Source of the DNA: the human T2T-CHM13v2.0 reference genome, Homo sapiens
Strand: one strand, 5' to 3'
DNA: 64,000 nt
NCBI RefSeq assembly: GCF_009914755.1
Contig: NC_060930.1
The translations under genes were made by a program, and so were the position numbers. The notes beneath the pieces are model-generated. The model worked only from the letters and a program-made list of their open reading frames with translations, ran no database searches and was not told where the DNA came from. Shown here piece after piece: positions 58,244-64,000 of the stretch (the first letter of the stretch is position 1; every line of letters begins with the position of its first letter).

Positions 58244-59010
58244 GCACAATTCACAATTGCAAAGATATGAAATCAACCTAAGTGCCCATCAACAGATGAA
58301 TGGATATGAATGAATATGGTATATATACACCATGGAATACCACTCTTCCATTAAAAAAAAAAGATGAAATAATGTCTTTTGCAGTAACTCGGATGGAACT
58401 GGAGGCCATTATTCTAGGTGAAATAACTCAGGAATTGAAAAGCAGATACCACATGTTCTCACTTATAAGTGGGAGCTAAGCTATGGAAACACAAAGGCAT
58501 ACAGAGTGGTATAGTGGACACTGGAGACTCGGAAGTGGAGAAGGTGGGAGGAGAGTGAGGGATGAAAAACTACCCATTGGGTACAATGTACACCACTCAG
58601 GTGACAGATGTACTAAAATCCTAGACTTCAGCTGGGCGCAGTGGTTCATGCCTGTAATCCCAGCACTTCAGGAGGCTGAGGTGGGCCAATCATTTGAGGT
58701 CAAGAGTTCAAGACCAGCCTGGCCAACATGGTGAAACCCCATCTCTACTAAAAATACAAAAATTAGCCAGCCGTGGTGGTGGGTGCCTGTAATCCCAGCT
58801 ACTCGGGAGGCTGAGGCAGGAGAATTGCTTGAACCCAGGAGGCAGAGGTTGCAGTGAGCCCAGACCTGGCCATCTGGCCATTGCACTCTAGCCTGGGCAA
58901 CAGAGTGAGACTCCGTCTCAAAAAAAAAAAAAAAAAAAATTCCTAGACTTCACCACTATACAATTCATCGATGTAATCAAAACCCACTTGTGTCCCTACT
59001 TTTTTTTTTA
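58244..59010 (+). mobile_element. Truncated L1 3' end interrupted by an Alu (58630-58940)
   Basis: L1 ORF2-end/3'UTR sequence; aggcaagaa flanks; Alu TSD tcctagacttca. Confidence 0.88.
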
Positions 59011-59544
59011 AGGCAAGAAATGAAGCAAGTTAACCTCAGCTATTTAGCGCAGGCAAGCTCCCAGGAGAAAGGTCACAGAGCATGCCCCCGCAGGCAACAG
59101 GAGGGGGTGAGCCTGTCCCAACCCTTGGTTCAAAAAGGAACAACTGGGTCCACAGGGGACTGACCAGTGGTTCTTGCACTGACACTTAGAAGAGAGTCAC
59201 CAGGAGGGGCTGTGCAAGCAGCATAGCAAGAGCAGACTGGTCAAGAGTGGAGCGACCCCACGGGGCTGGCTGGAGCAGGGAGAACGTAAATTGAAAACAG
59301 CAGACCTGAATTGTATTTGTTTCCTGCTGTCAAGGAGGGGACTCGGATCAGCGTATCACGGCTGAGATGCCAGTTACTAAGCTGGCAATGCGATTGTCTC
59401 AAATAAACCCACTCAAGTGGCTTATGTTTTAAGTTCTTACTAATTTTTTTAGGTTAGTACTCTGACGCATTGGTAATATCAAAAAAATCACTTCCACCCA
59501 CTGCTTGCTACCCACTAGACTTCACTTAGGATTTCTGCCTTTAG

Positions 59545-59575
<31 letters not shown>

Positions 59576-59850
59576 GAGGCAGGGTCTCACTCTGTCGCCC
59601 AGGCTGGAGTGCAGTGGTGTGATCTCAGCTCACTGTAACCTCCGACTCCAGGGCTCAAGGGATCTCCCACCTCAGCCTTCCAGATAGCTGGGACTACAGG
59701 CGTGTGCCACCACACTTGGCTAATTTTTGTATTTTTAGTAGAGACTGAGTTTCACCATGTTGGCCAGGCTTGTCTTGAACTCCTAAGCTCAAGCAATCCA
59801 TCCACCTTGGCCTCCCAAAGTGCTGGGACATGAGCCACTGCACCCGGCCT
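59545..59850 (-). mobile_element. Alu
   Basis: TSD ctg(c/t)ctttagtttc. Confidence 0.9.
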
Positions 59851-59981
59851 CTGTCTTTAGTTTCAAATATAAGTGACACTGCTCACCTGACGACCAATTC
59901 AAACCTTTCCTATAATAGAGGGTGAACCTTGGAGACCAAGCTGAAGCCTGCCCTGACTCTCAGCCCTCACTCTACACTTAC

Positions 59982-60122
59982 CTGTGCTGCTGTAGAAAGC
60001 CAGTTTGGTGGTGGTGTGGAATTCCTGAATGAGGAACTGGGAGAGTGAGATCCGTTCATCTGTCTTTAAGGAGTCATTGCCCTTTTTCCAGTACAGCATG
60101 AGGTCATCTTCTGTATAGGCAT
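59982..60122 (-). CDS. GABRR1: GABRR1 exon (extracellular domain); gene continues beyond the window
   Basis: ttcag|AT GCC...AYTEDDLMLYWKKGNDSLKTDERISLSQFLIQEFHTTTKLAFYSST G|gtaag; 141 nt. Confidence 0.96.
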
Positions 60123-60884
60123 CTGAAAAGACAGGGGCCAGCATCAGACACAAGGTGGTGGCAAGACAGGATGGTCTGTGGGGCTATGTAGAAGCTGTGT
60201 CCTGACCTCCCACACTGACTACTGGGATTGTGATATGATAGTTTGAAAAACAAACCACAGTCTAAACAAAGCAAAACAATATCCAAAAAGACAAATCTAA
60301 TTATCTCCACTCTTCCAAAAGTCATCAGAGCAAAGTTCTCAAGCCCAAATGCACATAATTCCTGCAAAAGGGTTCACCCTACAATTCAGCCTGCCATTTA
60401 TTAGGTTAAATCAAATGGAATTCTATTTTTGTAGGTTAGAAATGGTTAAATATTGGCAAAATTTCACATGGCTCAGCCTTATAAATGGAGAGTAATTTAG
60501 CCTTTTCCTTTCTTCTTTCAAAGTGTGGCGACTCATCAATTGATGGCAAGCACCTGTAAACACTATCAGGTAATAAAGGCTGAATTTTAGCAAGAAAAGA
60601 TCCATAAAGAGACGGGAGTGGAACAAGTCCCTCTCTGTAGGACTCCAGTTACTCCTACTCAGGGTAAAGTCGAAGTGAATCCATGATCATCACCCTTTCT
60701 GGTGCTACCATTTCCCCTTCCCTCACCTGCTTCTGGTGAACTCCAAGTGAACAAACCTACCTCCAGCCTGAGCATAACTGAGGAGAAGCCTCATGGCACT
60801 GCCAGTCCAGCCTGTTGATGTGTAAACAGTTCCTTCCAGGGGTCCCTGGGACTATTTTATTCTTGTTTTCTAACACTTGACCTG

Positions 60885-61280
60885 TGTGATGGTCAGTTTC
60901 ATGTGTCAACCTGGCTTGGCTATGGTACCCAATTATACAATCAAACACTAATCTGTAAAAGTGTTTTGTAGATGTGACTAATATCTACAACCACTGGACT
61001 TTAAAGGGGATTTTCCTGGATAATCTGGGTGGGCCTGATTCCATCAGTTGAAAGGCCTTAGAAGCAGAAATGAGGCTTCCTGGAAGAAGAAATCCCACCT
61101 GTGGCCTGCGGCATCCGCTCCTGCCCCAGAGTGCCCCTCCTGCACTCCTGATGGCCCGCCCTGCAGATGTGGGACTCTTAGCCAGCCCCCACAATCCTGC
61201 TAGCCACTTCCTTGCAATAAATCTCTACTCTGTATGTCCTACTGGTTCTGTTTATCTGGCGGAGCCATGACTGATACAAC
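60885..61280 (+). mobile_element. MLT2 (ERVL) LTR
   Basis: tgtgatggtcagtttcatgtgtcaacctgg...tcctactggttctgtttatctggcggagccatgactgataca. Confidence 0.8.
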
Positions 61281-61877
61281 CTGAAAAAAGGCTACATTCC
61301 AGATGGAGGCAGAAGCTGCCCAGGCATAGTGGGGAAAACTAAGTTCTGGAGACAATGAACTCAGTATTTCAGTCTGGCTCTGCCACCGAGCTCTGTCCCT
61401 CCTTTGTATAATGATAATAACCTGTTCTTCAGGGTCTTGTGAGGGTTGAATGACAAGGCAGAGGTAAAGCCACTGTGCAATAAGTAGCCACTCCCTTGGT
61501 CCTGGGTTTTATTACACCCTTTCCCCACATTCAGTGCCCTATGCAGCTGTCCCTTTGGCCCCAGCGGTGTGTGATGTCAATGTCCCTGCACTCCTTGGTC
61601 CCAGATGATTGGAGCCAGGGGACACCTGATCCACTGCTACAAGCCCAGGCTGGCTGATAAAGTGCCCTGGAACAGTGAGAACCCTCACTAGGGCTTTGAC
61701 ACTGCCAGGGAGTGCCAGTGTTCAGGAGGAGTGTAGGAGTCACAGGGGTGTCCACTGTGCTGTGGGAGAAAGTGTTTGGGCAGGGAGGAGAATGGAGCGG
61801 ACATGTAGAGGGACAGAGATGCATGTGGATCATTTTATACTGCCTCAGCCTGGCTCTTTCTGTGGCCTGGTTTCTGG

Positions 61878-61902
61878 GGTGTGTGTGTGTGTGTGTGTGT
61901 GT
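61878..61902. repeat. (TG)n microsatellite
   Basis: Direct reading. Confidence 0.95.
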
Positions 61903-61909
61903 TGTGTTG

Positions 61910-63495
61910 TGTTAAAATACACATAAAATTTACCATCTTAACCATTCTTTAGTGTAACTTCAGTGGTATTGCACTACATTCTTAAGTGTTGTATTTATGA
62001 TGCATGATAAATATAATTAAAATTATACTACATGAAAATTACTACATAAATACAGCCATTCTTATGGTAGGATACATCATTTGCCATTGTATATTCTCCC
62101 ATTCGTGGGTTGCATTTACTCTGTTGATAATGTTTTGATGCACAGCATTTTAAAATTTTCATGTAGTATCTGTGTTGTACTACATTACTACATAAACACA
62201 ACCAGTATGATGGTCATACCACCATCCATCTCCAGAACTCTTTTCATCTTCCCAAACTGAAGCTCCATACCCATTTAACAATAACGCCTCATCCCTGTTT
62301 CCCCTCTCCCCAGCCTCTGGCAACCACCATTCTACTTTCTGTCTCTATAATTTTGACTACGCTAAGTACCTCTTAAAAGTGACATCATACAGTATTTGTC
62401 TTTTGCGATTGGCTGATTTCACTTAGCATAATGCCCTCAAGTTTCATTCATGCTGTAGCATGTATCGGAAATCCTTGTTTTTTAAGGCCGAACACTCTTC
62501 CACTGTATGCAGATACTGCATTCTGTGTATCCATTCATCCATTGATGGACACTTGGGTTGTTTTCATGTTTTAGCAATTGTGAATAGAACTGCTATAAAT
62601 ATGAGCATACAAGTACCTTTTCAAGACCCTGCTTTCAATTCTTTTGGTTATTTACCCAGAAATGGATTTGCTGGATCATATGTTCTTAATTTTTTTTTTT
62701 TTTTAGACATGGGGGTCTTGCTTTCTCACCCAGGCTGGAGTGCAGTGGTGCAATCATAGCTCACTGCAGCCTGCAGCCTCAGGCTCTTGGGCTCAAGTGA
62801 TTCTCCTGCCTCAGCCTCCCGAGCAGCTGGGACCACAGATGCCAGCCACCATGCCCAGCACATTTTTGTATTTTTTGTAGAGACAGGGTCTTGCTATGTT
62901 GCCCAGACTGGTCTTCAACTTCTGGGCTCAAGTGATCCTCTTACCCCGGCCACCCACAGTGCTGGGATTACAGGTATGAGCAACCGTGCCCAGCCATTGT
63001 TTTAATTTTTTGAGGAGCTGTTTTCCCCAGTGGCTGCACCATTATACATTACTACCCACAAAGGATACGGGTTCTAATTTGTTCACATCCTCCCCAGAAT
63101 TGTTTTCTGTTTTGTTGACAGTATTCATCCCAGTAAGTGTAACTCACTGTAGTTTTGGTTTGCATTTTCCTAATGATTAATGATGTTGAACATCTTTTCA
63201 TGTGCTTCTTGGCCATTTGTATACCGTCTTTGGAGAAATGTCTATTCAAGTCTTTTGTCCATTTTTTTAAGCAGATTGTTTTGTTGTTGTTGTTGTTGAG
63301 TTTTAGCTGTTCTCTTTGTATTCTGGATATCAATCCTTTATCAGATAGATGATTTATCAATATATTATCAATATATTCTCCCATTTGTGGGTTGCCTTTT
63401 TACTCTGATAATGTCGATGCACAAAATTGACAATTTTCATGTAGTCCAATTTGCGTACTTTTTTCTTTTGTTGACTGCACCTGTGGTGTCATAGC
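61910..63495 (-). mobile_element. L1MB-like element interrupted by an AluJ (62690-62995)
   Basis: L1 3'UTR and ORF2 C-terminus (DKGLISRI...[30 protein letters not shown]). Confidence 0.88.
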
Positions 63496-63713
63496 GCCTG
63501 GTTTTCAGTTTTTCCAGGATGTCTGTGTGTGTGCAAGCTTCCTGAAATCCCTTGTTGTGCCTGAGCATCTCAACCACCACACGAACTCACAGTGGCAGTT
63601 CCCTAGGGCAACTGTTGTCAAACTTGTTTTGGCCAGGAAATCCTTTCTTCAGCAGAAATTACATTTAGAAGAGCAATAAAACACATCAAAAATGAGCTCT
63701 CTGGATGAACTCA

Positions 63714-63717
<4 letters not shown>

Positions 63718-63746
<29 letters not shown>
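63718..63746. repeat. (TG)n microsatellite
   Basis: Direct reading. Confidence 0.95.
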
Positions 63747-63870
63747 TGGGCAAAGGGCTTGGAAGGAGACCCACATTCGCTTAGCCCTCTACTTCCCTTC
63801 CCCAAGCAGTTACCCTGATTCAACAGAACAAAGTTTAAAACCATTGCCATAGGGCATTAAAAAGATCAGT

Positions 63871-64000
63871 TATGTTTATTGCACACGTATGTTTATTGCG
63901 GCATTATTCACAATAGCAAAGACTTGGAACCAACCCAAATGTCCACCAATGATAGACTGGATTAAGAAAATGTGGCACATATACACCATGGAATACTATG
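63871..64000 (+). mobile_element. Young L1PA, 5'-truncated, continues past the window end
   Basis: CTRMFIAALFTIAKTWNQPKCPPMIDWIKKMWHIYTMEYY matches the L1 ORF2 C-terminus. Confidence 0.92.

Overview
Human-type (primate, Alu-rich) genomic DNA matching the PM20D2/GABRR1 locus. It contains the complete 7-exon PM20D2 gene (+ strand, CDS 20801-36921, 436 aa, CpG-island promoter, long 3'UTR to ~40230) and the last four coding exons plus 3'UTR of GABRR1 (- strand, convergent). There are about 60 Alus, solo LTRs (MER11, LTR22, LTR8, MaLR, MLT2), L1/L2/MIR remnants and a hAT transposase fossil. The main unexpected result is on the minus strand. The non-repetitive DNA between ~50700 and ~6200 translates into a colinear series of decayed segments resembling sacsin (SACS: three Hsp90-like SRR repeats and a J domain), and many segments are still bounded by AG/GT splice sites. 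This points to a ~44 kb intron-rich sacsin-like fossil gene that fully encloses PM20D2 antisense, with pieces in PM20D2 introns and 3'UTR. The sacsin alignments were made by eye against human sacsin recalled from memory and need tblastn/HMM confirmation. A TSD-flanked, poly(A)-tailed retrocopy of non-repeat sequence also sits in the PM20D2 3'UTR.
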